This document shows positions 1-11,841 of a stretch of 64,000 nucleotides of DNA, one piece after another. A program made the translations under genes and the position numbers. Origin of the DNA: Cetorhinus maximus (lineage: Eukaryota); the NCBI RefSeq assembly GCF_964194155.1, contig NC_135902.1, positions 46,500,001 to 46,564,000 on the forward strand, written 5' to 3'. How positions within the stretch are numbered: position 1 is the first letter of the stretch; each line of letters begins with the position of its first letter. The notes under the pieces are model-generated. The model ran no database searches. It saw nothing but the letters and a program-made list of their open reading frames with translations, and was not told the origin of the DNA.

Positions 1-1974
1 CAACACTCCCCTTCCTTCAAATCATTGCCAAAATGTTAACAGAGCATGTTGAGGTCAAAAGAATAAATAAGCTATTTACCATGCTTTGGGATGTTTACAA
101 TAACAACTTGCATTTATATAGCACCTTTATATAGCACCTGTTCCTTCAGTGTCTCTTTGGTTTCTTCCTCATGGCCTGGAGAAAAAAGAACTTCTTAAAC
201 ACAAAAGAGGGTTATCTGGCTTGTATCATGATCCTCTCTCTCCAACTGACCAGTGACCCAAATATGATCATAGCCAGTGGGTTCCAGGTACATGGTTTCA
301 ACTTGATTAGACTATGACTGGGTGAATTCTTTTCTCAGCCACAGTCCTTTGGCTGAAGTGATTGCAACTAATGGCTGCTTCCCCACCCAGGTGCTTTCTG
401 GATATTCTGCGAACGAATCAGAAGATGTGGCTTATTCACATTCCTTCCAGCAGATTATCTTTGATGGGGTCCTGCAAATAGGTTGACTCTATTTTAATGG
501 CTTTGGAATGTGTAAGGTACAGTGCAAATGTTCGGCCAGCTTAGAAATTGCTGTTTCAGTCCTTTTAAAAATCAGTGATTTTCAGCCAATAAATACATAA
601 AGTCATTTTTGATACAAAACATGGCTTTGTAACACAATGTAAATATTCAATGTTCCTTCAATGTACTTCACTGATATTGCGATGTGTACCTTGACAGCAG
701 AACTGCCTATGTACAACATTACGCCATAAATATTCTGCCCAGAAAGTCAAAAGTTATCGCTATAATAGCATGGTGATACAGAGTCTGGATGGTTCCAAGA
801 ATGATTCGTTTTAGCTGCAAAGTAAGCTGTTTGCTGCCTGGATTGTAGACAAACAGAACTGCTGAAGCCGGGAGACCTACAGTCTCCATGTGATAATTTC
901 AAGGGGCTGTACCACTCTGTGTCTGCTGATGAATCTTGTTGAACTAATTAGGTGTGTGTGCACGCCAAGCTAGAATCAAATCTGGAATATTCCATCGTTC
1001 TTTGACATATTGAGTTATCACAAAACTGTCAAAAATGATTCTTCAAACAAAAGCCGGAAACAATGGAAATACAGAATGCACCAGTGACAGTTTTGCCTGT
1101 CAATCCCACTTTAATGGACAATAACTCACCAAATGCAGTATGAAGTTGCTACTTTTCCTCAGTCTAATGTGGTACTGGATATTTAATTTTCTGTCGCTAA
1201 CTCTGAATGGCCAGCCTTGCTGTCAATCATAAAGAAAAACTAGTGCTTTAAAGACATATCCCAATATTCTGATTGGACAGGCAGTATCTTTATTTCTCCG
1301 CATTGCAGCTTTCTAATAAGGGTTCAGAGAAATAAATGTTGACAAAACACCTGCCACTATAATCTCTTGCACTATATAAATGACTCCTCACTATTTTTGA
1401 GATGCAGTGGTTTTAGTTTTGAAGCCTGGCACCCTGCCTAAGTCCCTGGTTCCCTTTCTTCAGGTACCTTATTGCTCCCTGACCTCTTCCCATCCCTCTG
1501 TACTCCATTCCTACCCCTCACAGTGCCTTGTTTAATTCCCAACACCTTGCTGTGCCCTACTCTCTGGATCAGAATGAGACTGGGCTAAACAGCACCTCGG
1601 CACTTTAGACCCAGAGTAGCTGTGAGCAACACCAAGGCAGAATGACTTATTGAAATGATACGGGTTGCTTTGCCAAAGGCTGCTTCAAAAGCTGTTGAAA
1701 TTTCTCCCGTGCTGTTTTCAATACAATGGTTAACATGTTCATGTCACTCTCTTTAAAATAATTCACTGATGAATTTCATTCCCCAGTTCCCAAGTGTATT
1801 CAGTAGCTCTGAACATACTGAGAATGTTCTGCCAACAGTTCTGTTAATTGTAAATCAACTGGGTGTTTAATTGTATAAAAGCAAAATACTGCAGATGCTG
1901 GAAATCTGAAACAAAAACAAAAATTGTTGGGAAAAACTCAGCAGGTCTGACAGCGTCTGTGGAGAGGAAGACAG

Positions 1975-2013
1975 AGTTAACGTTTCGAGTCCGTTTGACT
2001 CTTCTTCAGAACC
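1975..2013 (-). ncRNA. Minimal type-I hammerhead ribozyme motif in PLE pseudo-LTR
   Basis: Minus strand GGTT-CTGAAGA-A-GAGTC-AAACG-GACTC-GAAAC-GTT-AACT: CUGANGA and GAAA cores, 5-bp stem II, stem I GGUU/AACU, palindromic AACGUU stem III. Confidence 0.8.
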
Positions 2014-2314
2014 AAAGAGAAGTAAAAATGTGGTGAAATATATACTCTTTAAGGGGGGGTGGGACAGGTAAAGCTGGATAGAAGGCCAGTGATAGGTGGA
2101 GGCAAAGGAGAGATTGCAAAAGATGTTATAAACAAAAGATCGAAGGGGTGCTGATGGTGGTGATACTGGCCAAAGGAGGTGCTAATGGTGACATTAAGAG
2201 TAGAAAGAGCAAATGAAATAAAAACAAAAAACTGCAGATGCTGGAAATCCAAAACAAAAACAGAATTACCTGGAAAAACTCAGCAGGTCTGGCAGCATCG
2301 GCGGAGAAGAACAA

Positions 2315-2353
2315 AGTTGACGTTTCGAGTCATCATGACCCTTCAACAGAACT
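2315..2353 (-). ncRNA. Hammerhead motif with variant core CUGUUGA
   Basis: Minus strand AGTT-CTGTTGA-A-GGGTC-ATGAT-GACTC-GAAAC-GTC-AACT. Confidence 0.7.
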
Positions 2354-2747
2354 GAGTAAAATTAGGAGAGGGGTGAAATATAAGCTGGTTTAAGGTGGGG
2401 GAGAGGGGGGAGTGTGGGGGAGAGAGAAGTGGGGGCTGGGGGGGCATGGTTGTAGGGACAAGCAAGCAGTGATAGGAGCAGATAATCAAAAGATGTCACA
2501 GACGAAAGAACAAAGAGGTGTTGAAGGTGGTGATATTATCTAAAAGAATGTGCTAATTAAGAGTGGATTGCAGGACACACAAGGTACAGCTCTAGTGGGG
2601 GTGGGGTGAAATAAGACTAACAGGGCATAAAAGGTATAGATTTAAAATAATGGAATTAGGTGGTAAAAGATAAATCTATATAAATTATTGGAAAAAACAA
2701 AAGGGAGGGGGAAGAAACGGAAAGGGAGTGGGGATGGAGGAGGGAGT

Positions 2748-3770
2748 TCAAGATCTAAAGTTGTTGAATTCAATATTCAGTCCGGAAGGCTGTAAAGTGC
2801 CTAGTCGGAAGATGAGGTGCTGTTCCTCCAGTTTGCGTTGAGCTTCACTGGAACAATGCAGCAAGCCAAGGACAGACATGTGGGCAAGAGAGCAGGGTGG
2901 AGTGTTAAAATGGCAAGCGACAGGGAGGTTTGGGTCATTCTTGCGGACAGACAGCAGGTGTTCTGCAAAGCGGTCGCCCAGTTTGCGTTTGGTCTCTCCA
3001 ATGTAGAGGAGACCGCATTGGGAGCAACGAATGCAGTAGACTAAGTTAGGGGAAATGCAAGTGAAATGCTGCTTCACTTGAAAGGAGTGTTTGGGCCCTT
3101 GGATGGTGAGGAGAGAGGAAGTGCAGGGGCGGGTGTTGCATCTTTTGCGTATGCATGGGGAGGTGCCGTAGGTGCCATGGGGGTTGAGGAGTAGGGGGTG
3201 ATGGAGGAGTGGACCAGGGTGTCCCAGAGGGAACGATCTCTATGGAATGCCGTCAGGGGGGGGTGAAGGGAAGATGTGTTTGGTGGTGGCATCATGCTGG
3301 AGTTGGCGGAAATGGCGGAGGATGATCCTTTGAATGCGGAGGCTGGTGGGGTGATAAGTGAGGACAAGGGGGACCCTATCATGTTTCTGGGAGGGAGGAG
3401 AAGGCGTGAGGGCGGATGCGCGAGAGATGGGCTGGACACGGTTGAGGGCCCTGTCAACGACCGTGGGTGGAAAACCTCGGTTAAGGAAGAAGGAGGACAT
3501 GTCATAGGAACTGTTTTTGAAGGTAGCATCATCAGAATAGATGCGATGGAGGCGAAGGAACTGAGAGAATGGGATGGAGTCCTTACAGGAAGCGGGGTGT
3601 GAGGAGCTGTAGTCAAGGTAGCTGTGGGAGTCGGTAGGCTTGTAATGGATATTGGTGGACAGTCTATCACCAGAAATTGAGACAGAGAGGACAAGGAAGG
3701 GAAGGGAAGTGTCAGAGATGGACCATGTGAAAATGATGGAGGAGTGGAGATTGGAAGCAAAATTAATAAG
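2748..3770 (-). pseudogene. PLE ORF 3' part (RT thumb/linker + GIY-YIG), left arm
   Basis: LSTNIHYKPTDSHSYLDYSSSHPASCKDSIPFSQFLRL; NLVYCIRCSQCGLLYIGETKRKLGDRFAEH; RKLEEQHLIFRLGTLQPSGLN. The GIY-YIG part 2748-3077 is open. Confidence 0.92.
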
Positions 3771-4678
3771 ACTGTCCACCAATATCCATTACAAGCCTAC
3801 CAACTCCCACAGCTACCTCGACTACAGCTCCTCACACCCCGCTTCCTGTAAAGACTCCATCCCATTCTCTCAGTTCCTTCGCCTCCGTCACATCTGTTCT
3901 GATGATGCTACCTTCAAAAACAGCTCCTCTGACATGTCCTCCTTCTTCCTTAACCGAGGTTTTCCACCCACGGTCGTTGACAGGGCCCTCAACCGTGTCT
4001 GGCCCATCTCCCGTGCATCCACCCTCACGCCTTCTCCTCCCTCCCAGAAACATGATAGGGTTCCCCTTGTCCTCACTTATCACCCCACCAGCCTCCACAT
4101 TCAAAGGATCATCCTCCGCCATTTCCGCCAACTCCAGCATGATGCCACCACCAAACACATCTTCCCTTCACCCCCCTGGCGGCATTCCGTAGGGATCGTT
4201 CCCTCCGGGACACCCTGGTCCACTCCTCCATCACCCCCTACTCCTCAACCCCTACCTACGGCACTTCCCCATGCATACGCAAAAGATGCAACACCTGCCC
4301 CTTCTCTTCCTCTCTCCTCACCGTCCAAGGACCCAAACACTCCTTTCAAGTGAAGCAGCATTTCACTTGCATTTCCCCTAACTTAGTCTACTGCATTCGT
4401 TGCTCCCAATGCGGTCTCCTCTACATTGGAGAGACCAAACGCAAACTGGGCGACCGCTTTGCAGAACACCTGCTGTCTGTCCGCAAGAATGACCCAACCT
4501 CCCTGTCGCTTGCCATTTTAACACTCCACCCTGCTCTCTTGCCCACATGTCTGTCCTTGCCTTGCTGCATTGTTCCAGTGAAGCTCAACGCAAACTGGAG
4601 GAACAGCACCTCATCTTCCGACTGGGTACTTTACAGCCTTCCGGACTGAATATTGAATTCAACGACTTTAGATCTTGA
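3771..4678 (+). pseudogene. PLE ORF 3' part, right arm (frameshifted)
   Basis: Same peptides as the left arm on the + strand (ORF track 3652-4353 and 4350-4649); stop at 4676-4678. Confidence 0.92.
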
Positions 4679-5065
4679 ACTCCCTCCTCCATCCCCACCC
4701 CCTTTCCGTTTCTTCCCCCTCCCTTTTGTTTTTTCCAATAATTTATATAGATTTATCTTTTCCCACCTATTTCCATTATTTTTAAATCTATACTTTTTAT
4801 GCCCTGTTAGTCTTATTTCACCCCACCCCCACTAGAGCTGTACCTTGTGTGTCCTGCAATCCACTCTTAATTAGCACATTCTCTTAGATAATATCACCTT
4901 CAACACCTCTTTGTTCTTTTGTCTGTGACATCTTTTGATTATCTGCTCCTATCACTGCTTGCTTGTCCCTACAACCACCCCCCCCTCCCACTTCTCTCTC
5001 CCCCACACCCCCCCCCTCCCCCACCTTAAACCAGCTTATATTTCACACCTCTCCTAATTTTACTC

Positions 5066-5104
5066 AGTTCTGTTGAAGGGTCATGAGGACTCGAAATGTC
5101 AACT
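5066..5104 (+). ncRNA. Hammerhead motif with variant core CUGUUGA
   Basis: AGTT-CTGTTGA-A-GGGTC-ATGAG-GACTC-GAAAT-GTC-AACT; mirror of 2315-2353. Confidence 0.65.
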
Positions 5105-5383
5105 TTGTTCTTCTCCGCCGGTGCTGCCAAACCTGCTGAGTTTTTCCAGGTAATTCTGTTTTTGTTGAGCAAATGAAAGATGGCCCTAGTGAGGGTGGGG
5201 TGGGGGGAGGGGATGGTGGTGGGAAAAAAGATTGAAAATAGGCTAAAAGGTGGAGATAAAACAATGCATGAAAATAAATTTTAAAATAATAATAATATAG
5301 ATGGGAAAAAAATATAAATAAGAATTAAAAAATAATTATTTGTAAAAAAGGGATCAAAAAGGGGTAAGGATGGAGGAGAGAGT

Positions 5384-6727
5384 TCATGATCTGAACTTAT
5401 TGAACTCAATATTCAGTCCGGAAGGCTGTAAAGTGCCTAGTCGGAAGATGAGGTGCTGTTCCTCCAGTTTGCATTGAGCTTCACTGGAACAATGCAGTAG
5501 GCCAAGGACGGACATGTGGGCATGAGAGCAGGGTGGAGTGTTAAAATGGCAAGCAACAGGGAGGTCTGGTTCATGCTTGCGGACAGACCGAAGGTGTTCC
5601 GCAAAGCGGTTACCCAGTCTGCGTTTGGTCTCTCCAATATAGAGGAGACCGCATTGGGAGCAACGAATGCAAAAGACTAAATTAAGGGAAGTGCAAGTGA
5701 AATGCTACTTCACTTGAAAGGAGTGTTTGGGCCCTTGGACGGTGAGGAGGGGGGAAGTAAAGGGGCAGGTGTTGAACCTTCTGCGATTACATGGGAAGGT
5801 GCCGTGGGAGGGGGTTGAGGTGCAGTGGGTGATGGAAGAGTGGACCAGGGTGCCCCAGAGGGAACGGTCCCTGCAGAATGCTGACAGCGGGGGTGAAGGT
5901 AAGATGTATTTGGTGGTGGCATCATGCTGGAGTTGGTGGAAATGGCAGAAGATGATCCTTTGCATGCGGAGACTGGTGGGGTGAAAAGTGAGGACAAGGG
6001 GGACCCTATCATGGTTCTGGGAGGGAGGGGGAGGGTTGAGGGCAGAGGTGCGGGAGATGGGCCGGACACGGTTGAGGGCCCTGTCAACCGTCATGGTCAA
6101 CCTTGGTTAAGGAAGAAGGAAGACATGTCAGAGGAACTGTTTTGAAAGTGGCATCATCAGAACAGATGCGACGGAGGCGAAGGAACTGAGAGAATGGGAT
6201 GGAGTCCTTACAGGAAGCAGGGTGTGAGGAGCTGTAGTCGAGGTAGCTGTGGGAGTCGGTAGGCTTGTAATGGAAATTGGTGGACAGTCTATCACCAGAA
6301 ATTGAGATAGAGAGGTCAAGGAAGGGAAGGGAAGTTTCAGAGATGGATCATGTGAAAGTGATGGAGGGGTGGAAATTAGAAGCAAAATTAATACATTTTT
6401 CCAGGTCCAGACGAGATCATGAAGCAGCACCGAAGCAATCATCGATGTACCGGAGAAAGAGTTGTGGGAGGGGGCCTAAGTAAGACTGGAACAAGGAATG
6501 TTCCACATACCCCATAAAGAGTCAGGCATAGCTGGGGCCCATGCGGGTACCCATGGCCACACCTTTTATTTGGAGGAAGTGAGAGGAATTTAGGGAGAAA
6601 TTGTTCAGTGTGAGAACAAGTTCAGCCTGACGGAGGAGAGTGGTGGTGGATGGGGATTGTTCGGGCCTCTGTTCAAGGAAGAAGTGGAGAGCCCTCAGAC
6701 CATCCCGGTGGGGGATGGAGGTGTAGA
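5384..6727 (-). pseudogene. Disrupted PLE RT + GIY-YIG ORF of the host copy
   Basis: ORF track 5705-6100 (DRVPLVLTFHPTSLRMQRII) and 6522-6824 (LTLNNFSLNSSHFLQIKGVAMGTRMGPSYA); contains stops and frameshifts. Confidence 0.9.
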
Positions 6728-7694
6728 CCATAAGACCATAAGACATAGGAGCAGAAATTAGTCCATTCGGCCCATCGAGTCTGCTCCGCCATTCAATCAT
6801 GGCTGATAAGTTTCTCAAACCCATTCTCCCGCCTTCTCCCCGTAACCTTTGATCCCCTTACCAATCAAGAGCTTATCTATCTCGGTCTTAAATACATTCA
6901 ATGACCTGGCCTCCACAGCCTTCTGTGGCAATGAATTCCATAGATTCACCACTCTCTGGCTAAAGAAGTTTCTCCTCATCTCTGTTCTAAAAGGTCTTCC
7001 CTTTACTCTGAGGCTGTGCCCTCGGGTCCTAGTCTCTCCTACGAATGGAAACATCTTCCCCACGTCCACTCTATCCAGGCCTTTCAGTATTCTGTAAGTT
7101 TCAATCAGATCCCCCCTCATCCTTCTAAACTCCATCGAGTATAGACCCAGAGTCCTCAAACGTTCCTCATATGTTAAGCCTTTCATTCCTGGGATCATTC
7201 TCGTGAACCTCCTCTGGACCCTCTCCAGGGCCAGCACATCCTTCCTGAGATACGGGGCCCAAAATTGCTCACAATATTCTAAATGTGGTCTGACCAGAGC
7301 CTTATAAAGCCTCAGCAGCACATCCTGCTTTTATATTCTAGTCCTCTCGAAATAAATGCCAACATTGCATTTGCCTTCCTAACTACCGACTCAACCTGCA
7401 AGTTAACCTTAAGTGAATCCTGGACTAGGACTCCCAAGTCCCTTTGCACTTCAGATTTCTGAATTCTCTCTCCATTTAGAAAATAGTCTATGCCTCTACT
7501 CTTCCTACCAAAGTGCATGACCTCACACTTCCCCACGTTGTATTCCATCTGCCACTTCTTTGCCCATTCTCCTAAACAGTTCAAATCCTTCTGCAGCCTC
7601 CCTGCCTCCTCAATACTACCTGTCCCTCCCCCTATCTTTGTATCATTTGCAAACTTAGCCAGGATGCCCTCAGTTCCTTCATCTAGATCATTAA
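6728..7694 (-). mobile_element. Young 5'-truncated CR1-clade LINE (HER1-like) inserted into the PLE RT
   Basis: YINDLDEG...KFANDTK, LYKALVRPHLEYCEQFWAPY, FFSQRVVNLWNSLP; 8-bp tail repeat CCATAAGA at 6728; flanked by TGTAGA at 6722-6727 and 7695-7700. Confidence 0.95.
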
Positions 7695-8119
7695 TGTAGA
7701 GGGATTGGACGTCCATGGTGAAGAGGAGGCGGTTGTATTCAGATTGCTGGATGTTAACTGGGGATTCACCTGTGCTCATATATACAGGGCAGCATTTGAT
7801 TTGATGTTGGCAAGTTTCTTTTGCATTTTGTCTTTTGTTTTTGCAGTATAAGGGGCTGCTTTTACTTTGTCCCTGATTTTTTTTTCAATTTAGTTTAATT
7901 TTTTTGACTCATAAGATTATACAGGGCAGGATTAAAGTGGAGTTGCTGGTTGGGGGTGCATGATAAGCAACGTGTGGCTGTGTTAATAGAAGTTTATAAG
8001 TGTATAAAGACTAGTTTCCACTGTTCTATTCTTCAGTGCCTGGTTATGTGAGTGAGAACAGTATTCCTACATGGAAAGTTCATGTTGAGGAGCTTTTGAA
8101 GGATCCCTAACCACACAGC

Positions 8120-8365
8120 ACCCATATTTAAGGAAATTGGCAAAAGAGCCAGATGTGAGATGAGGAGAATTTTTTTTTAATGCAGTGAATTATTATGATC
8201 TAGAAGGCACTGCCTGAAGGCAAAATCAATAATCCCTTTAAAAAGTGATAAATAAATGCAGGGAAATATTTTGAGGGCGATGGGGGAATAGGCCTAATTG
8301 GAGAAATCTTTCAAAAGAGTGGACAAAGGCATGACGGGCCAAATATCCTCATTCTGTGCTGTTTC
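8120..8365 (+). mobile_element. Old CR1-like LINE 3' fragment
   Basis: Degenerate match to the 3' ends of other CR1 copies in the window (atgaggagaatttttt; ggcatgacgggccaaatatcctcattctgtgctg). Confidence 0.6.
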
Positions 8366-9349
8366 GAGTTACCCTGGATCTCTCTGCTGTGGAGGGAGAG
8401 GTTTGAAAGCAGCTCCCTTGTCCCTACTCACTCTGCCGGGGAAGAGTGTGTATTCTGGGGAGCGTAAAAGGAAAGCACAAGAACGAGAAACAAATTGAAA
8501 GCAGCAGCCAGGAAGAAAAGAGGAAAAAGAGGAGAAAACACGGAAGAGAGTGCGGGAATATGATGGTGTTGGGATGGGAACTATTCCTTCCTTTCCCTAT
8601 GAGTTGGAGGGTTATGAACTGCAATGTCCAGTGTGAAATGATTGTGGCCCAATTCCGCAGTCTCTCTCTCACACACACACACACAAATACAGTCTGAATG
8701 GAGTGGAAAGCAGAGGTGTCACAGGGATTGTTTTACTGATGCAGGGACATGGGTGTTTTACTGTTATGGGGTTCAAGCAGCATTGCGGTGTGAGCCTTTA
8801 GCCCTTCACGTAGCCCTGTATGTTTACCCCGATCTGGAAATGCCTCATTCTGAAGAATTTAATCTTATAGGTTCTGTGTGTAAAAAGCAGAGCTGCTGTG
8901 TGAGTGTTTAGTGAGCCGACCATCGGTGTGTGGGTGGAGAAGAGGGAAGGTAGAAGCAGTCTTAAAATGAAGGCACATTTCTGCAGCTCAAATCCATTAA
9001 ATGATTGCTGCAATTCCTCTTATCCCAATAGCGATGCAACTGTTTATTGCCACTATTTCCACTGCGTTTCCAACTCTTGTAAATTAAAAATATATGGAAT
9101 TGCTGAAATAAATAAAAAGCAATCAAAGTTGGCTTGGCAGTGATTATTTTTCTCATACAATAAAAGCTACCTAGTTATAGGTAAACTCAGCATGCTGTCA
9201 TAACCCTATAACAGGCAAAAAATGTTGAAGGCTGGGTTTGAATAGCGTCAGAGCTTAAAGAACATTCAAAATTCCCCTTATATATCTTCCCAGCGGAATG
9301 GACTACAGTAATCCCCCATCTCCACATGAGAGCAAATCTACTTTGACGG

Positions 9350-10602
9350 TTACTAAATTATCAGAGTGCTTATCCAACATCCAATAATGGATGAGCAGAA
9401 ATTTCCTCCAATTAAATATTGGGAAGACTGAAGCCATCGTTTCTGGTTCCTGTTCCAAACTCTGTCCCCTAGCCCCTCCACCCCTCTCCCTGACAACAGT
9501 CCGAGACTGAACCTGTCCATTCACAACCTTGGTGTCACATTCAACCCAGGATGAGCTTCTGACCACATACTCGCGCCATCGTTAGGACTGCCTATTTCCA
9601 CTCCTATAGCATCATCCGACTTTGCTCTTGTCTTGGCTCATCTGCTGCTGAAACCCTCATGTTACCTTTCGGCTTGCCTAATCCAACACACCCCCCTGGC
9701 TGGCCTCCCTAATTTTATCCCCCCTTAAAACCTGAAGCAGTCCAAAACTCCATTGCCAGCCTCTTAAACTCATGTCAAGTCCCATTCCCCTATCACTCCT
9801 GTATTCACTGACTTCCCCCCTTTGCTTCCCAATCAAGGCACATCATCCTAGTTTTCAAATCCCTCCATTGACTCGTCCTCCCTTTCTCTGCAATCCCTTC
9901 AGTCACGCGACCCTTTGAGACATCTGTGCTCAACTATTCTGGCCTGTTGACCATCCCCAATTTTAATTGGTGGCTCAGCTGAGGTGGGGGAGGTGTGGCT
10001 AAGGATACCGGACACTGTACTCGGACACGGAGTGGTTGGTGGGAATGATGGCAGCGCACATTGAGATCCATTGTGTTCCGAGTTGGAAAAAGCCCAATGG
10101 GAAGTAGAAAAGCCGGATTGCAAGTAAGTGAGAGACAGAGGTCGGAGCTGGTGGAAAAAAATATCAACGCCAGCTTCTGTTTTCTGTGTCCCAATTGGTT
10201 GGAGGCTCTTGCAGACAGGGAAAGAAGCAAACACATGTCCCTACTGCTGTTTCTCTGTGTTAAGTGTACTAAAGCACAAAGTACAGCACTGGTTATAAAG
10301 CCATCTAGCACCGGAAAATGGCCAGACCGGCTAGAAACTGGACTACTAGGTGTAAAACCGGATGACTGACCACCCTATAGATGACCCTCAACTGCTTAGG
10401 CCCTAAACTCTGGTATACTCTACCTACACCTCTCCATCTCTCCCACTTACCTCCTTAAAATCTAACTCTTTGACCAAGCTTATCTGACCTAATGTCTCCT
10501 TATGTGGCTTGAGGACACATTTTCTTTACAATGTTCTTGTGATGCACCTTAGAAAGTTTTCTTACATTTAAAGGTGTGGTGTAAACATAAGCTGTTATTG
10601 TT
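9350..10602 (+). mobile_element. L2-clade LINE 3' fragment, interrupted at about 9975-10380
   Basis: LSECLSNIQ*WMSRNFLQLNIGKTEAIV is a typical L2 RT C-terminus; tail aaaggtgtggtgtaaacataagctgttattgttg. Confidence 0.85.
9978..10379. mobile_element. About 400-bp insertion within L2, possibly an hAT/Tip100-type MITE
   Basis: L2 sequence resumes after it; the right end ctgaccacccta resembles a TAGGGTG-type TIR; the left TIR is degenerate. Confidence 0.4.
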
Positions 10603-11439
10603 GATCCAAGGCCTTGTTAATAATGCTGTTGAGTTTGGATGTCAGGGGAGTGGGTTCGGGGTGTCTCACCCCATTTGATGTCCTTATCGTTCCCAAGGCT
10701 AACTCCTAATCTCTGCTGGGAACTTCCCATAGTGGTATTATTGTGGATAGGACTGGGAAGGCAGGATAAAGATGAGTCAGGGGGTTCTTGCTCCTGTTTG
10801 TTACCTAGTGATCCATGCTGGAGGGTGTGTGCATGTCAACCTTGAATGGGGATAGTGAGATGTCCAATCGACATAGAGTTTCCACTAGAGACACAATCAG
10901 CAAAATGTAGCCAGAATGCACTGGATGTAGTGCCGGGTTTGCCAACGTGAATTTTGCAGAAATTTCCTTCCAAACCTATTAGCATAAATCCGAACCTGAT
11001 TCCATGAATCAGAGCAATCAAGCAGTGTTACCGATTCATGACTAGAACAGGGCAGCATTGTAAAAGGGGGTGGGATTGCCAGGAATTCAGCCATTTTTCA
11101 ACTGGCTGACTTATTGCTCTTACCCTGGCTCTTTCTGCCCTTGCTACATAAGACCTGTGACCAAAAGTCAATTGAAGCCACACAGGTGTGACCTGTTCTG
11201 CTGTCGTTGACTGAATTTATACCCATTTGCGCTGAATTTAAAGTTATTGCAGCAGTGACTTCAATCTTTTGCTAGTAGAGGTGAGTGATGCCGGATTAAT
11301 GTGACCTGGGTAGCTGTGTGCAATGTGATGAACACTCCCGAACAGGCTCTTCCAACTGGTATCGTGGCCAGTTTTGTGGTTGAATGTATTTCTGAAACAG
11401 AACAAAATGGTTATCGGAGCACCTAGCTAGATAGATGTG

Positions 11440-11815
11440 AGTCCTGAGGAACAAAGGGACCTTGGCGTGTGTGTCCGTAGACCTCTGAAGGCGGAGGGGC
11501 ATGTTAGTTGGGTGGTGAAAAAGGCATATGGGACACTTGCCTTTATCAATCGAGGGATAGATTACAAAAGTAGGGAGGTCATGTTGGATTTATATTGAAC
11601 CTTGGTGAGGCCACAGCTGGAGTACTGTGTGCGGTTCTGGTTGCCACATTATAGGAAGGATGTGATTGCACTGGAGGGGGTGCAGAGGAGATTCACCAGG
11701 ATGTTGCCTGGGATGAAACATTTAAGTTATGAAGAGAGGTTGGATAGACTTGGGTTGTTTTCGTTGGGGCATGGGCCAAAGGGCCTCTTCTGCACTGTGT
11801 GATTCTGTGATTCTG
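11440..11815 (+). mobile_element. CR1 LINE 3' fragment with internal deletion
   Basis: LVRPQLEYCVRFWLPHYRKDVIALEGVQRRFTRMLPG; tail tgattctgtgattct. Confidence 0.9.
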
Positions 11816-11841
11816 AGTTCAATTAATAACATTAAATCTGA

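Larger units (their letters stand above)
2219..5166. mobile_element. Fold-back (inverted, head-to-head) Penelope-like insertion, arms about 1.4 kb, 12-bp TSD
   Basis: About 2251-3664 is the reverse complement of 3771-5166, with spacer about 3665-3770. GAGCAAATGAAA is repeated at 2207-2218 and 5167-5178. Confidence 0.95.
1876..7742 (-). mobile_element. Penelope-like element (host copy), 5'-truncated; pieces 1876-2218, 5167-6727 and 7695-7742, interrupted by two insertions
   Basis: Minus-strand RT motifs LLFTMDVQSLY(TSIPH), QIKGVAMGTRMGPSYA and LFLRYIDD (6438-6461), then GIY-YIG endonuclease ending NIEFNKFRS* (stop 5384-5386), then 3' pseudo-LTR with HHR. Pieces rejoin across the TSDs of the two inserts. 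Confidence 0.93.

Noticed and set aside
3652-4353. 233-aa ORF as a novel gene
   Set aside because: It crosses the inversion junction: antisense PLE sequence fused to sense PLE ORF.
3074-6483. Ser/Pro-rich and Gly-rich ORFs
   Set aside because: Alternative or antisense frames of the PLE ORF.
8446-8697. Lys/Arg-rich ORF with NLS-like stretch
   Set aside because: Purine-rich low-complexity sequence running into a microsatellite; no recognisable domain.
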